A stretch of DNA of 64,000 nucleotides from Balanoglossus misakiensis (Eukaryota > Animalia > Hemichordata), in NCBI GenBank assembly GCA_040954595.2, contig CM082588.2, positions 9,656,844 to 9,720,843 of the forward strand. Reading direction: 5' to 3'. Position numbers and translations under genes: made by a program. The notes under the pieces were generated by a model that saw only the letters and a program-made list of their open reading frames with translations, ran no database searches and was not told the origin of the DNA. This document shows, piece after piece, positions 34,859 to 45,510 of this stretch (position 1 is the first letter of the stretch; each line of letters opens with the position of its first letter).

Positions 34859-34985
34859 ATTATTCCCATCTTGTTATAAATCTGAGCCCAGGTGTCTTTG
34901 GTGTGAGATTCCAGTAGTCAAGAGTAGGCTTACCTTGAATAATGTAATGCTTGTAAATAATTTATAATTTCTTCTTACCCTCCAG

Positions 34986-35104
34986 ATATGAATGTCACAG
35001 TGGTGGAAATGCGTGCCAACACTATTGTCAGAATACCCATGGTAGTTATCTCTGCGCTTGCAGACCAGGATTCTATCTGCTGGAGGATGGCTATGCATGT
35101 GGCG
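34986..35104 (+). pseudogene. Calcium-binding EGF exon type E1, frameshifted by a 4-bp deletion
   Basis: Paralog of 47520-47642; 119 nt instead of 123. Confidence 0.85.
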
Positions 35105-36957
35105 GTATGTAACTGTGGATATTGATCTCTTCTGTGGCTACACTGTTTGGGGATTGTATATTGCTATGGTTACAATCAGCTAAACACACATCCTGTCAGT
35201 CCATTGCACACATTTTAAAATTTGAAATCAACCGCACACTCGTACTGAACACATGTTTGTTGAAATTGTATCTCAGAATTTTTCCATTTATAATTATGCA
35301 TAATATAAACAAATTAACAAATGTGAAATTTTATCTTTGAAAATTTGTTTGCAAGGGTGAAAAAGTAATCTGTTTTTTTAAAAATCAGACAAAGTTTTGC
35401 TGACAGGGTACACGAGTTTCAGGGGATTTTGTTAAAATGAGAATGATAGAGAGTGTTAAAATTCTTAGATTCTGAGATTGCCATGGATATTGAGGACTTT
35501 GATGTAAAAACAATTAATTGATCAAGAAATATGTGGTTAAGTATATGTGTCATCAACCTCACACTATACTATAAGACTGTCTGATATATTTATGCACAAG
35601 TACAATGTATTTTCACTACTTATATGCATAACTCAATCAAATTAACATAATTTATCGACCTATAGCTAAATAAATTACCACAGCAAAGAATAAATATACA
35701 CTTAGAAAATTCATATAGTTTTCATCTCATTTTAAAGACATTATAAATGCTTCTCCGAGGGGTACAGTAATTTTTAGGGTAAGCCTAATTCAAGATTCAC
35801 GTTTCAAGATTCACGTTTCACGTTCCACAGCCCAAGATTCATATTCTGATTCAGATTCTAGTCTTGTCTAATATGTTTATGCTGCCGTAACCAGGGGTGC
35901 GTACGATTGTTTATTGTCCTCGATCCCTGCCCAAGCAAGGTTCCCCAAATATTCTGTTCGATTATCGCGTGACGTCATTGTCGGGTATCTCTTCAAGTTC
36001 AGTTTCAACAACATTTTTCAAAGAGAGATGCACCCTATTTATTATTTTCTAACACATGAATGACCCTAGGCCTGAGATGCACCATGGCCGGCAATCTTGG
36101 TATTCACAGATACTTTTAAGCGTAATTCTGATATAATTGATAGGTTTAGGTATATTTTACAACCAATAACTTAAGCAAAGGACTAATTCCTATATTCTGA
36201 ATCAAGTGAAAGTAATCCCTTACCAAACCTGCAGCTCTGCAAAGAGCTGCTGAAAAGCTGAGGCAGCTCTGCAGAAACAGACATCCTGCAGCCTAATCCA
36301 TAGAGCTGCAGAGAGCTGAATTGGTGAATATATAATGAGCTTATGAGCTACATGGGCGGACAGCCTACAGCTCTTGGACAGACCCCTCACAGACAACCCA
36401 CAGCTCAGGGGCAGACAATCCACAGCTCATGGGCAGACATCACAGCTCATGTCATGACAGCTCATACATACATACACACACACACTTACTCACACAATGT
36501 GAAAAAACAGTCAATACAATTAATGTTCAATAAAACTAAAATTCAATATATTGCTAATTGTAAACTTTAAGTTCTTTTGTACAGTACAGTAAAAATAAAA
36601 TGAAGGATAAAATGATAGAGCTACATAGAGTATAGTTCCACTAGCCATGTACAAACACTTGTAATCTAAAGTTCGATGGAAATGTGGTCACTGTGATCAG
36701 AATATAGTCAGTGGTTTCACGGCAATAATAAAGATATCCGAGGCATGCTGCTGCACATTTCTGTACGGGAACGATATTATTATGCAACGTACATGCAATG
36801 TCCACGCCATTTTGAATGAACCATTTTCGCGGATGCACGTCCACGCATCGTCGTACTTGAATGGCGATCAAGATTTCTTGTAATGAGTACGGGCAAATCA
36901 ACAGCTATCAATGGATGCACCACAGGAGTAGGTGTTGGTTCAAAACGCCTTTGGTAC

Positions 36958-37129
36958 TGAGACATTTGATTACTTTGTGAATGGCGCCCTCTGTGTCAAG
37001 AGGTGGGAGGTGGGTAGCCTCGTTTTGGAAAAAAGACGCCATCTTGTTTTGGTGTGTGATTGTCGATGTCGAGCATGGTCTGATGTGAATAAAGAGTCCA
37101 TTGAAATACAGTTGTGTGTAGACGTTTCA
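36958..37129 (+). repeat. Gypsy 5' LTR
   Basis: TGAGAC...GTTTCA with internal AATAAA; identical to the 3' LTR by eye. Confidence 0.97.
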
Positions 37130-37130
37130 A

Positions 37131-37144
37131 TGGTGGCAGCGGTG
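37131..37144 (+). promoter_or_regulatory. Primer-binding site complementary to the tRNA-Leu 3' end
   Basis: TGGTGGCAGCGGTG, 1 nt after the 5' LTR, is the reverse complement of CACCGCTGCCACCA. Confidence 0.88.
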
Positions 37145-37150
37145 TAAACG

Positions 37151-38008
37151 ATGGCCAAAAAAGTAGAATATTTCACCGGGGAGGAGAGAGGAGAACTGGA
37201 ACCTTGGTTGGATAGATTCGATGCTATCATTGAGGCAGAAGGTAAAGAGAACAAAGCTGCAGCAATAATACGCACGTGTTTGAAAGGAGATGCAGCGACC
37301 GTAATCCAATTGCTGTCGGTAGATGACAAAAAGGACATAGATAAGATAAGGGTAGAGTTGAGAAAACATTTTGGATTGAAGAGAGATGAATTGTCAGCAC
37401 AGCGGGAATTTCATTGCCGTAAACTGGAATCCGGGGAGAGCATTGGGAAGTTCGTGCGTTCCCTAAGAAAGCTTGCAATTGAAGGATTTCCCAAATGCGT
37501 TGGTAGCGGATTAGACTCAATTATCAAAGGTCAGTTTATCGTCGGTCTTCCTAGGGAATTGGGCGACCAGTTATCTGTTGCCTTACACTACAAAGTTGCC
37601 GAAGCGGAGTTAAGTGAGGTCGTGGATTTTGCCACGAACTGGCAAAAATATCAGACAAAGGAGAACACTATTTCTGTTGACAACGTCATGCAAGTAGGGG
37701 AGGTCGATACAACCGTAAGCAGTGTGGTACGCGAGGCTGTTGAATCTGCAATTTCAAGCTTAGAGCCCACAATTTCAGCAATGGTTGATGCGCAAGTTAA
37801 TCGGGTGTACGGAAACCAGAGCAACCAACAAAGAGGTAGTGGTAGAACCAGTCGCTCATCAACAAGGCCTGCACAGACAACTGGTAAGTGTTTTGAATGT
37901 GGACGGTTCGGCCATTTTAGAAGAAACTGTCCTAATCGGTTCCAGTGTTTCAAGTGTCATCGTTACGGACATAAGGCAGCCAATTGTCCTGAATTTTACC
38001 CAAACTAG
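37151..38008 (+). CDS. gag: Gypsy Gag with two CCHC zinc knuckles
   Basis: CFECGRFGHFRRNC and CFKCHRYGHKAANC; starts just after the PBS. Confidence 0.95.
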   Translation: MAKKVEYFTGEERGELEPWLDRFDAIIEAEGKENKAAAIIRTCLKGDAATVIQLLSVDDKKDIDKIRVELRKHFGLKRDELSAQREFHCRKLESGESIGKFVRSLRKLAIEGFPKCVGSGLDSIIKGQFIVGLPRELGDQLSVALHYKVAEAELSEVVDFATNWQKYQTKENTISVDNVMQVGEVDTTVSSVVREAVESAISSLEPTISAMVDAQVNRVYGNQSNQQRGSGRTSRSSTRPAQTTGKCFECGRFGHFRRNCPNRFQCFKCHRYGHKAANCPEFYPN

Positions 38009-38042
38009 TGGGAGGTCGGGGCGCTGGCCAGCCCTTGACCTC
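37999..38042 (+). promoter_or_regulatory. Predicted -1 ribosomal frameshift signal
   Basis: C CCA AAC heptamer immediately before the gag TAG, then a GC-rich stem at 38012-38042. pol is in the -1 frame. Confidence 0.8.
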
Positions 38043-41000
38043 TGTTGAGAAGACGGCCATGGATGGTCTGTGTACTGATGATCTGGTGAGTGGCAATGTT
38101 CGGGGGACCCCGGAACTGCCTGTCCGGGGCCTTAGAGCCTGGGGATTGCCACATGACCAGAATCAGTATCATAGTCAACAAACTGTTACCGAACAACAAA
38201 TGAACAACGATGAACTCTCACCCCAAATATTAACCACAATGACTTCACGCACATGCGGCGACCAATATAAGACTACGGGTATGATAAATGGAGTTGAGAC
38301 GCCCATATTCGTAGATAGTGGTTCACAAATTACCATAGTCAGAAGTGATCTACCAGCCATAAACGGGTTGCCACTGTATCCTGTGAATATTCAGCCAGAA
38401 GCAGTTAATGGTACACCCGTATGCTTTGATGGCCAGGTGCAAGTCGATCTTACTGTTCAAAATTTTGTCATTGGTCCAACATGGGTGTATGTAATGTCTC
38501 CAAAGCTCATGCGTAATGAATTCTTGATGGGAACGGATGTTATGGAAAAACTGGGAAGCATGGAAGTTGATTTTGTAAAGAAAACTGTGACTTTCAAAGG
38601 ACTGACACAACCTAATACTTACCTCAACAAACCTGTAAATAACAAGATGAACTTGAAACCACAGTGTTGCCGTGTGACATTACTACAACGAGCTGTTATA
38701 CCACCTAGACATGAACAAATGTGTCATGTACTTGTCGCAGCTATACCGGGACAACAAGGACTCATTGAAGGTAGTGATCAGCTACTTGAGAAAAAACACG
38801 TCGCTTGTGCTGCCTCACTTAACACTTTGGATAAGGACAGAACAACCTGGGTTAGATTATGCAACCCAAATCCTATATCTGTTAAATTGTACAGGGGATC
38901 CAGTATTGCCGAGTTCACGCCTGATGTTGGCCAACCCACAGTAATTGAACAAGTATGTGTTGAGAGCGACACACCTAAGCCAGAAAGTAAACAGGACCAT
39001 GAAACTATTGATTCTTTGATAGAAAGAACAGATGTGAACCAGTCACAAAAAAATGAAGTTCATAAACTTGTTGAGAGTTTTGAGGATGTGTTTTCATGGA
39101 AAGGTGAATTTGGAAGAACTCATATTATAGAACACAAGATACATACTGGTATTGCACCACCACTTAGATCAGGTGCTAGGAGAACGGGTTACCACGAGAG
39201 GGAGAAAGTCGACAAAATGGTGACTGAGCTATTGGAAAAGGATGTTATTGAGGAGAGTTCCAGTCCTTCGGCTAGCCCAATTGTCCTTGTACCCAAGAAA
39301 GATGGGTCCTTACGATTTTGCATTGACTTTCGTCGATTGAATTCGGTAACTAAGGATGATGCATTTCCCTTACCGCGTATTGACGATGCCATAGACTGTC
39401 TTGGAGGGAGTAAATGGTTTTCCACGTTAGATATGGCTAGTGGCTACTGGCAAGTAGGTATGGATAAAGAATCTAGGGAGAAGACAGCATTTATATGTCA
39501 CAAAGGACTATATCAGTTTAAAGTCATGCCATTTGGACTTAAGGGAGCACCAGCTACATTTCAAAGACTCATGTCGTCCATTTTCAGTCCAGAGATGTGG
39601 CATGTTCTACTTATATATCTGGATGACATCTTGATTTTTTCATCAACATTCGAGCAGCACTTGCAACGACTAGAGCTGGTATTCAGAAAATTGCGTGAGG
39701 CAGGACTTAAGCTACAGCCACGAAAGTGTCATTTCTTTCAAACTGAGATTGAGTATCTTGGCCAGCTTGTAACTCGTCATGGGGTGTCACCCAGTCAAAG
39801 AATAGTCAGTGCTGTTGCAGAGTTTCCCACACCTACTTCAGTAACAGAGCTTCGCAGATTCATAGGACTTGCCTCGTATTATAGGAGGTTCATAGCAGGA
39901 TTTTCAACTGTTGCAGCCCCGTTACACAAGTTGACTTCAAAGGGTGAGGTATTCATTTGGACAACAGATTGCCAACAAGCATTCAGTGAACTGAAAACTA
40001 AGCTGTCAAGTGCTCCAGTTTTAGCATACCCTAACTTTGATGTACCATTTTCGCTGGTAACTGATGCCAGTGGGGTTGGAGTTGGTGCTGTTCTTGAGCA
40101 AACAGTGAGTGGTGTAACCCGACCAATAGCCTATGCTAGCTCAATTCTCACGAAAGCGCAACGCAATTATTCAGCGACAGAGCGTGAGTGTTATGCGGTG
40201 GTCTGGGCGATTGACAAGTTTCGGAGTTACCTCTACGGAACTAGATTCAACATAATTACGGACCACAGATCATTAACTTTCCTCAAGTCAGTGAAGGAGC
40301 CAAGGGGCAGATTGGCGCGGTGGCAGTCGGAACTGCAAGTCTATGACTATGAGATATTACACAGACCAGGCAAAGCCATACCACATGCTGATGCACTTTC
40401 ACGTGCCCCATTGATCGCAGTTACTACTGTTCAAGGGAAGTGGTCTTTTGACGAGTTGAAAGCGCTGCAAGAAACAGACCCAGTTATAAACAGAGTGCGT
40501 GACTTGGTTCGATTGAAACAACTCTGTACACCTGGTGATGGAAAACGAGTAAAGGAGTTAATGCTGCGTGCAAGAGGTCTTCATATTGACATTGGTACAG
40601 GGCTTCTGTGCTGTCGATACTATGTTGGGAGGAGAGAATGTATACAGGTAATTTTCCCAGACTCTCATGCTTCTGAGGTTCTGCCAGTGGTACATGATCA
40701 GGAGGGTCACTTGGGAATCAAACGCACATTAGCCAAACTAAAGAAGTCGTTCTATTGGCCGGAGATGAGACTTAGAGTACAGGAGTGGTGTCGCAGCTGC
40801 ATACAGTGTAATCAGAACAAGTTGCAACTGAGAGGAAAAGCCCCATTGCAACGTATGCCTGAACCAACTCGACCATTTCAATGGGTCAGCACTGATGTAT
40901 TTGGACCCATCCCAGCCACCAAGAAAGGAAATCGCTACATTGTAACCATAAATGATGGCTTTAGTAAATTTGTTGTAGCTAAAGCAATACCCAATCAAGA

Positions 41001-41688
41001 AAGTTCTACCATAGCAGAAATATTCATCAATGATTGGTGTTTGTTGTTTGGTCCACCAGAGACATTACACAGTGATCAGGGACGAAATTTCGAAAGTAAT
41101 CTCCTGTCTGAGGTGTGCAGAATGTTCAACACATCAAAAACAAGAACATCAAGTTACCACCCATCTGGAAATGGACAAACAGAACATTTCAACCTTACTT
41201 TGGCTGACATGTTAAAGAACTATGTTAACGAGTGTCAAGACAATTGGGATGACCATCTACCAAAAGTCATCCACACCTATAACACGAGTGAACATGATGC
41301 TACCGGGCATACACCGTATTTCTTACTGTACGGTCAGGAGGTTAGAACTGCATTGCAGCCAGTACCCACAGACACAGTCAACTCAAGAGGTTTGTGTACA
41401 GCCCGGGACAGGGTCAAAGATCATTTTGACAAACTCACCAAGGCCAGAAAACTGGTGTATGATAGACTGGCTAAATTGAGAGACAGACGTTGTGAGAAGT
41501 CAAAGATAAACAGCCGATTCTGTAAATACAATGTTGGTGACAAAGTTATGGTTGCTAACAATGCCAGAAGGAAGGGACGTTCACCTAAACTCAGTGCCCG
41601 ATGGAATGGTCCTTACATCGTCGTCAAGGTAATCAGCGATGTGTTGTACAGGATAAGCCAGGGGGGGGGGGGCGGAGAAGGAAAGTGA
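38008..41688 (+). CDS. pol: Gypsy Pol (protease, RT, RNase H, integrase)
   Basis: VDSGS, LDMASGYWQ, MPFG, YLDD, TDASG, HHCC, D-D-E and GPY motifs. Ends prematurely after a G12 run. Confidence 0.97.
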   Translation: MGGRGAGQPLTSVEKTAMDGLCTDDLVSGNVRGTPELPVRGLRAWGLPHDQNQYHSQQTVTEQQMNNDELSPQILTTMTSRTCGDQYKTTGMINGVETPIFVDSGSQITIVRSDLPAINGLPLYPVNIQPEAVNGTPVCFDGQVQVDLTVQNFVIGPTWVYVMSPKLMRNEFLMGTDVMEKLGSMEVDFVKKTVTFKGLTQPNTYLNKPVNNKMNLKPQCCRVTLLQRAVIPPRHEQMCHVLVAAIPGQQGLIEGSDQLLEKKHVACAASLNTLDKDRTTWVRLCNPNPISVKLYRGSSIAEFTPDVGQPTVIEQVCVESDTPKPESKQDHETIDSLIERTDVNQSQKNEVHKLVESFEDVFSWKGEFGRTHIIEHKIHTGIAPPLRSGARRTGYHEREKVDKMVTELLEKDVIEESSSPSASPIVLVPKKDGSLRFCIDFRRLNSVTKDDAFPLPRIDDAIDCLGGSKWFSTLDMASGYWQVGMDKESREKTAFICHKGLYQFKVMPFGLKGAPATFQRLMSSIFSPEMWHVLLIYLDDILIFSSTFEQHLQRLELVFRKLREAGLKLQPRKCHFFQTEIEYLGQLVTRHGVSPSQRIVSAVAEFPTPTSVTELRRFIGLASYYRRFIAGFSTVAAPLHKLTSKGEVFIWTTDCQQAFSELKTKLSSAPVLAYPNFDVPFSLVTDASGVGVGAVLEQTVSGVTRPIAYASSILTKAQRNYSATERECYAVVWAIDKFRSYLYGTRFNIITDHRSLTFLKSVKEPRGRLARWQSELQVYDYEILHRPGKAIPHADALSRAPLIAVTTVQGKWSFDELKALQETDPVINRVRDLVRLKQLCTPGDGKRVKELMLRARGLHIDIGTGLLCCRYYVGRRECIQVIFPDSHASEVLPVVHDQEGHLGIKRTLAKLKKSFYWPEMRLRVQEWCRSCIQCNQNKLQLRGKAPLQRMPEPTRPFQWVSTDVFGPIPATKKGNRYIVTINDGFSKFVVAKAIPNQESSTIAEIFINDWCLLFGPPETLHSDQGRNFESNLLSEVCRMFNTSKTRTSSYHPSGNGQTEHFNLTLADMLKNYVNECQDNWDDHLPKVIHTYNTSEHDATGHTPYFLLYGQEVRTALQPVPTDTVNSRGLCTARDRVKDHFDKLTKARKLVYDRLAKLRDRRCEKSKINSRFCKYNVGDKVMVANNARRKGRSPKLSARWNGPYIVVKVISDVLYRISQGGGGGEGK

Positions 41689-42140
41689 TACATCACGATC
41701 AACTTCGTCCATACAGAGAGAGGCCAGGACATTTATACAGTAAGACGAGTGAGCAGACAATTGATGCTGGTTCGCCTTTGCGAGATCCAGAGGTGTCAAC
41801 TAATGGTAATGACCAACCGTCAGTTGCCGATAGTAGTGATTCCGATTCCGATTCTGAGGATGGGGATCTTTTGGGAAGTTCACGTATAGGAAATATACCA
41901 ACCCAGGGGAGTGTGTTACCAACCCAGGGGAGTGTGTTACCCACCCAGGGGAGTGTGGTACCAGACCGTCAGACGGAAATGGAGCCGACTGGAAATGAAG
42001 GGATGGATGCTGCAGGGTCAGGGAGCCAGCAGACTGATGGCAACCATGGTGCAGAATCTAATTTGCGTCGTTCTACCAGAGTGCGCCGTATTCCACGTCG
42101 GTTGCAGGATTATGTACTCACGGAACAGTTATCGGACTAA
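41661..42140 (+). CDS. Frameshifted C-terminal tail of Gypsy Pol
   Basis: KVIHHDQLRPY completes the GPY/F module and LRRSTRVRRIPRRLQDY is a typical pol end. Contains three 21-bp PTQGSVL repeats (about 41898-41960). Confidence 0.85.
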   Translation, partial: GGGGRRRKVIHHDQLRPYRERPGHLYSKTSEQTIDAGSPLRDPEVSTNGNDQPSVADSSDSDSDSEDGDLLGSSRIGNIPTQGSVLPTQGSVLPTQGSVVPDRQTEMEPTGNEGMDAAGSGSQQTDGNHGAESNLRRSTRVRRIPRRLQDYVLTEQLSD

Positions 42141-42303
42141 AACTGTCTTTGTTGACTGTCGACTACTGTGTATGAAAAAATGCATTGATTGTTAAACATT
42201 ATTTATTTATTTTATTTAATTATTTGCAACAGGCATGGAACACTTGGACTCTTGAATTTATTCTTGTCACATGTGGACATGTGCAGGGAAGGGGGGGAAG
42301 TTA

Positions 42304-42475
42304 TGAGACATTTGATTACTTTGTGAATGGCGCCCTCTGTGTCAAGAGGTGGGAGGTGGGTAGCCTCGTTTTGGAAAAAAGACGCCATCTTGTTTTGGTG
42401 TGTGATTGTCGATGTCGAGCATGGTCTGATGTGAATAAAGAGTCCATTGAAATACAGTTGTGTGTAGACGTTTCA
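42304..42475 (+). repeat. Gypsy 3' LTR
   Basis: Preceded by polypurine tract AGGGAAGGGGGGGAAG (42285-42300) and followed by the GTAC TSD. Confidence 0.97.
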
Positions 42476-44051
42476 GTACTTACAATCGTCCGGATCATAT
42501 CAAAACGCGATGTGTTTGAATGCGACTGCATTTACTGACATCGAGAATGGCGGCCACATTGTGATGACCGCGTCGACCGATGCGCGCGATGAACGTACGT
42601 GACTGACCTCCCTTGTCATGATCTTGCGTGTTTTGATATCTGCACGTCATCTCTGACGCATAAAGTAGTCGGAACAGCGAAAGGTTTTCACAAATTTTGT
42701 CAAAACTGCGTCGAAATGGCTTTCCGACATTGACTTCCGTGTCTACGCTGTGGACTCACTAAGTATGACTGTTCAATGACGTTTTATGAATGGACCAATC
42801 CGGTTACGTATGGTAATGCGTCCCGGGTCAAAAGTCAAGTATTGTACTTCGGCCAGTAAAACTTGCAAGGGTTGTAGATTGCGGTGAATAAATATAAATA
42901 AATCGTGGAAAATTTGTATTAAAATCGTGATCTCTAAAAAAAGAGTGAGAACTTGATTTTGAGTGATATTGCAGTACAAAATTACAAAAAAATACTTTTT
43001 ATTCCTTGGGGAAGTGTTAATTATTCAGAAAAAAAAATATATTCTGAAATTTTCCAACTTCAGAATTTTTCCAACTTCAACAGAGGATATGATTATTTCA
43101 TCAACTAACATGTAAAAGTTATTTAAAAAGTCAACTGTGTCAATTAATGCATTATCTGGAAAGATACATTTTACGTGTCATGAATTACTATAGTTAATAT
43201 ATAGATAAAGGCCTTCATGCAATATTACATACACCAACACTTCATCTTGCAGTACGTGAGCTGCGGTGTACTTGCTTTTGCACTTGTCTGAGCTGCAGAA
43301 AGTCTTATCATATTGAAATTTACAGAAGGCATTGTTCCCTGCTGTTTTAGAGCTGTGAGTTAACTGCGTAGAGCTGCCGTTTGTCTACACAATGTTCTAA
43401 AAAAGCTGTCAAAGAGAATTTGGTCTGCTGCCAACAAATGACAGCTCAGAACAACCATTGCAGACCTGCATATGAGCTGTGGATAGCTGACACAAGTCTA
43501 AATCAGAGCTGCAGCAGCTCTCTGCAGATCTGCAGGTTTGGTAAGGGATGTAGATGGCGAAAGGACGTGAAAAGACTCGAATCTGAATCAGAATATGAAT
43601 CTTGGGCTGTGGAACGTGAAACGTGAAACTTGAAACGTGAATCTTGAATTAGGCTTACCCTAATTTTTAATGGGTATATTCTTGATAACTCATCACCATG
43701 AATGATCATTTCAAAACTTAACAAGGCATATGGCTAAAGAGGATTCAGTGTTTGTGCACCTTCTATCTGCAATGCTGGATCTATTGACAGTTTTCAAAGG
43801 GGTTTAAAGACTCGTCTTTTTATTCAGTACTTTCTATTTTATTCCATTGCTTTTTTGGTTAATAGGGACTGTCTTTCAGAACTCTTTGGTTTGTTTCGTG
43901 TTTTTAAGTGTAATTTATTATCCTTTAAGCTTTCACTTGTTTTCTAATTTTATTATTTTCTGTAGAAAATGCACTGAGATGTATGTGTATTATGTTTGTC
44001 AGGAAATAAATAATAATAAAATTAAAAATAATAAACTATCTTTGATTTCAG

Positions 44052-44168
44052 ATGTCAATGAATGTATGGAGAGAGCAGATCTTTGTGAAGGCCAGTGTGT
44101 GAATACAGCAGGCTCTTTTTATTGCACTTGTGTTGTGGGATATTGATTGGTCAATGGAGAGTGTACAG
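44052..44168 (+). pseudogene. cbEGF exon type E2 with in-frame TGA (DVNECMERADLCEGQCVNTAGSFYCTCVVGY*LVNGECT)
   Basis: Phase 1-1 AG/GT exon with the cbEGF consensus. Copies at 49223-49339 and 60259-60366 share the stop. Confidence 0.88.
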
Positions 44169-44678
44169 GTAAGACCAGCACAATATGTGGGCAACGAAAG
44201 GTCCTGTATCTGTAACTTTTGAATTTTTATTCAATATTATTCTGGTTATCACCCATCATTTCTTGTTCAGCTCGGTGAAGCTAGGTAAGCAATGTTGTTA
44301 TTGTTTAAACATTGTATTCAAGCCTGGGTCTGGACTTGGATGCAATTTGTCAATAATAACAGTGATTGGTAACTGCATGTTTACATAACTGGCTAAGTGT
44401 TAAAAAGACCAGCTGTTCTATTTGGTGTGTGTACAGTACACATGCCATTGGCAGCTTATGGCTCAGTCAGTGTTTGCCTGTTGATTTCTCTATGTGTGTG
44501 TGTCTGTCTGTCTGTATATGTACTCCGGTGTAGACTTTTTTATTGTGTTATCCCTGAATGGGACCACTGTGTCCTTAACGCGATGTTTTACACTCAGCAG
44601 CGATATTTTGTCTAACACGAGCCAAAATATCCCCAACTCGTCTGAGAAATCTTATCCCAGGTCCTAAGGTTGTAAGAC

Positions 44679-45076
44679 TAATAGAATCTCACACTCCCAA
44701 GGACTTGGGATCATATTTCTCACATGTGTTGAGGATTTTCTGTCCCAAACAAGCTGCAGGCGAATGTGGGACAAGATATCCCTGATGAGTGTGAGAAATA
44801 CGATCCCAGGTCCTTGGTGTGTGAGATTATTTTTCTCACACGGTCACAAATTAGCCAAATTCGTTAAATAAATGACTCTTGAACTGTCATCTGGTACATT
44901 GTAGATTCAGTATCGCGTCATTGGATAACATTTAGCACATGTTGTTAAAGAACTCTTTGTCATCCAATCAGCGCTCGCATCATATACAGCTCTCGATTCA
45001 GTGAGAATGTGGGATTGATTTGTTCTCACACTCTGATCCAACACTCTCAGCATGCCAGGAGTGTGAGAATCTATTA
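44679..45076 (+). mobile_element. Palindromic repeat family copy
   Basis: Termini TAATAGAATCTCACACTCC...GGAGTGTGAGAATCTATTA. Confidence 0.65.
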
Positions 45077-45387
45077 CGAGTTTGAAATCTTAGGTGAAGA
45101 GTTTATCAATTTCACTGCCAACCCTGTAGGGCATTCTGGGATATGTGTTCATGCCAAAGCACAAACAGCCATGACCTGACAGCTCAGTTTGTAGATCATT
45201 TCTACAAATCCACAAAGAGACTCAAAGTTTAGAAATGTTGTGTCGGTTAGAAATATTAGACGTATCACTGTTAATACTTTATTTCAAAGCCATGTGAATT
45301 TGTTCACATTAGGGAAATTTTTTAAAGGAAGGGAGGATTGGTATTGACTTGAATAATTACAATGGATGTTTTGTTCTCTATTTTCAG

Positions 45388-45510
45388 ATGTGAATAATGA
45401 GTGTTCAGATTCTGTTTGTGCTGGAGGGTGTCTGAATGCAGAGGGTGGATTCAGCTGTAGTTGTGGTGATGATGGTTTCTCTCTGAGTGCAGATCATGTC
45501 AATTGTTTAG
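45388..45510 (+). pseudogene. cbEGF exon type E3 (DVNNECSDSVCAGGCLNAEGGFSCSCGDDGFSLSADHVNCL)
   Basis: Open 123-nt phase 1-1 exon. Copy at 54526-54648 and a 3' remnant at about 49880-49904. Confidence 0.85.

Larger units (their letters stand above)
36958..42475 (+). mobile_element. Full-length Ty3/Gypsy LTR retrotransposon
   Basis: Identical 172-bp TG...CA LTRs (36958-37129, 42304-42475), GTAC TSD, PBS, PPT and gag-PR-RT-RH-IN order. Confidence 0.98.
36217..43547. mobile_element. CMC/EnSpm-like non-autonomous DNA transposon (~1.8 kb) hosting the Gypsy insertion
   Basis: TIR CCCTTACCAAACCTGCAG...CTGCAGGTTTGGTAAGGG, 2-bp TSD AT, subterminal CAGCTC/GAGCTG repeats. Empty site GCAATGTAG at about 48716-48724. 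Confidence 0.82.
35777..43660. mobile_element. Mutator (MULE)-like MITE interrupted by nested elements
   Basis: About 90-bp TIRs (GGGTAAGCCTAATTCAAGATTCACG...) and 9-bp TSD TAATTTTTA. Confidence 0.87.

Noticed and set aside
33673-35104. In-frame MED25-EGF fusion gene
   Set aside because: The last MED25-like exon ends in phase 0, the EGF exons start in phase 1, and upstream exons carry stops.
36220-36470. Repeated CAGCTC motifs as an array or ORF
   Set aside because: They are subterminal repeats of the CMC-like transposon, mirrored at its other end.
41898-41960. Short direct repeats resembling a CRISPR array
   Set aside because: Contiguous 21-bp coding repeats with no spacers, inside the Gypsy pol tail.
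44144-44146. Shared TGA in E2 exons as selenocysteine or readthrough
   Set aside because: The position is not a cysteine site of the EGF fold. A CGA-to-TGA CpG mutation before duplication is simpler, and no SECIS was seen.
44780-44812. Hammerhead ribozyme core (CTGATGAG...GAAA) in the palindromic repeat
   Set aside because: No stem II pairing between the motifs, and the motif is just one arm of a DNA palindrome.
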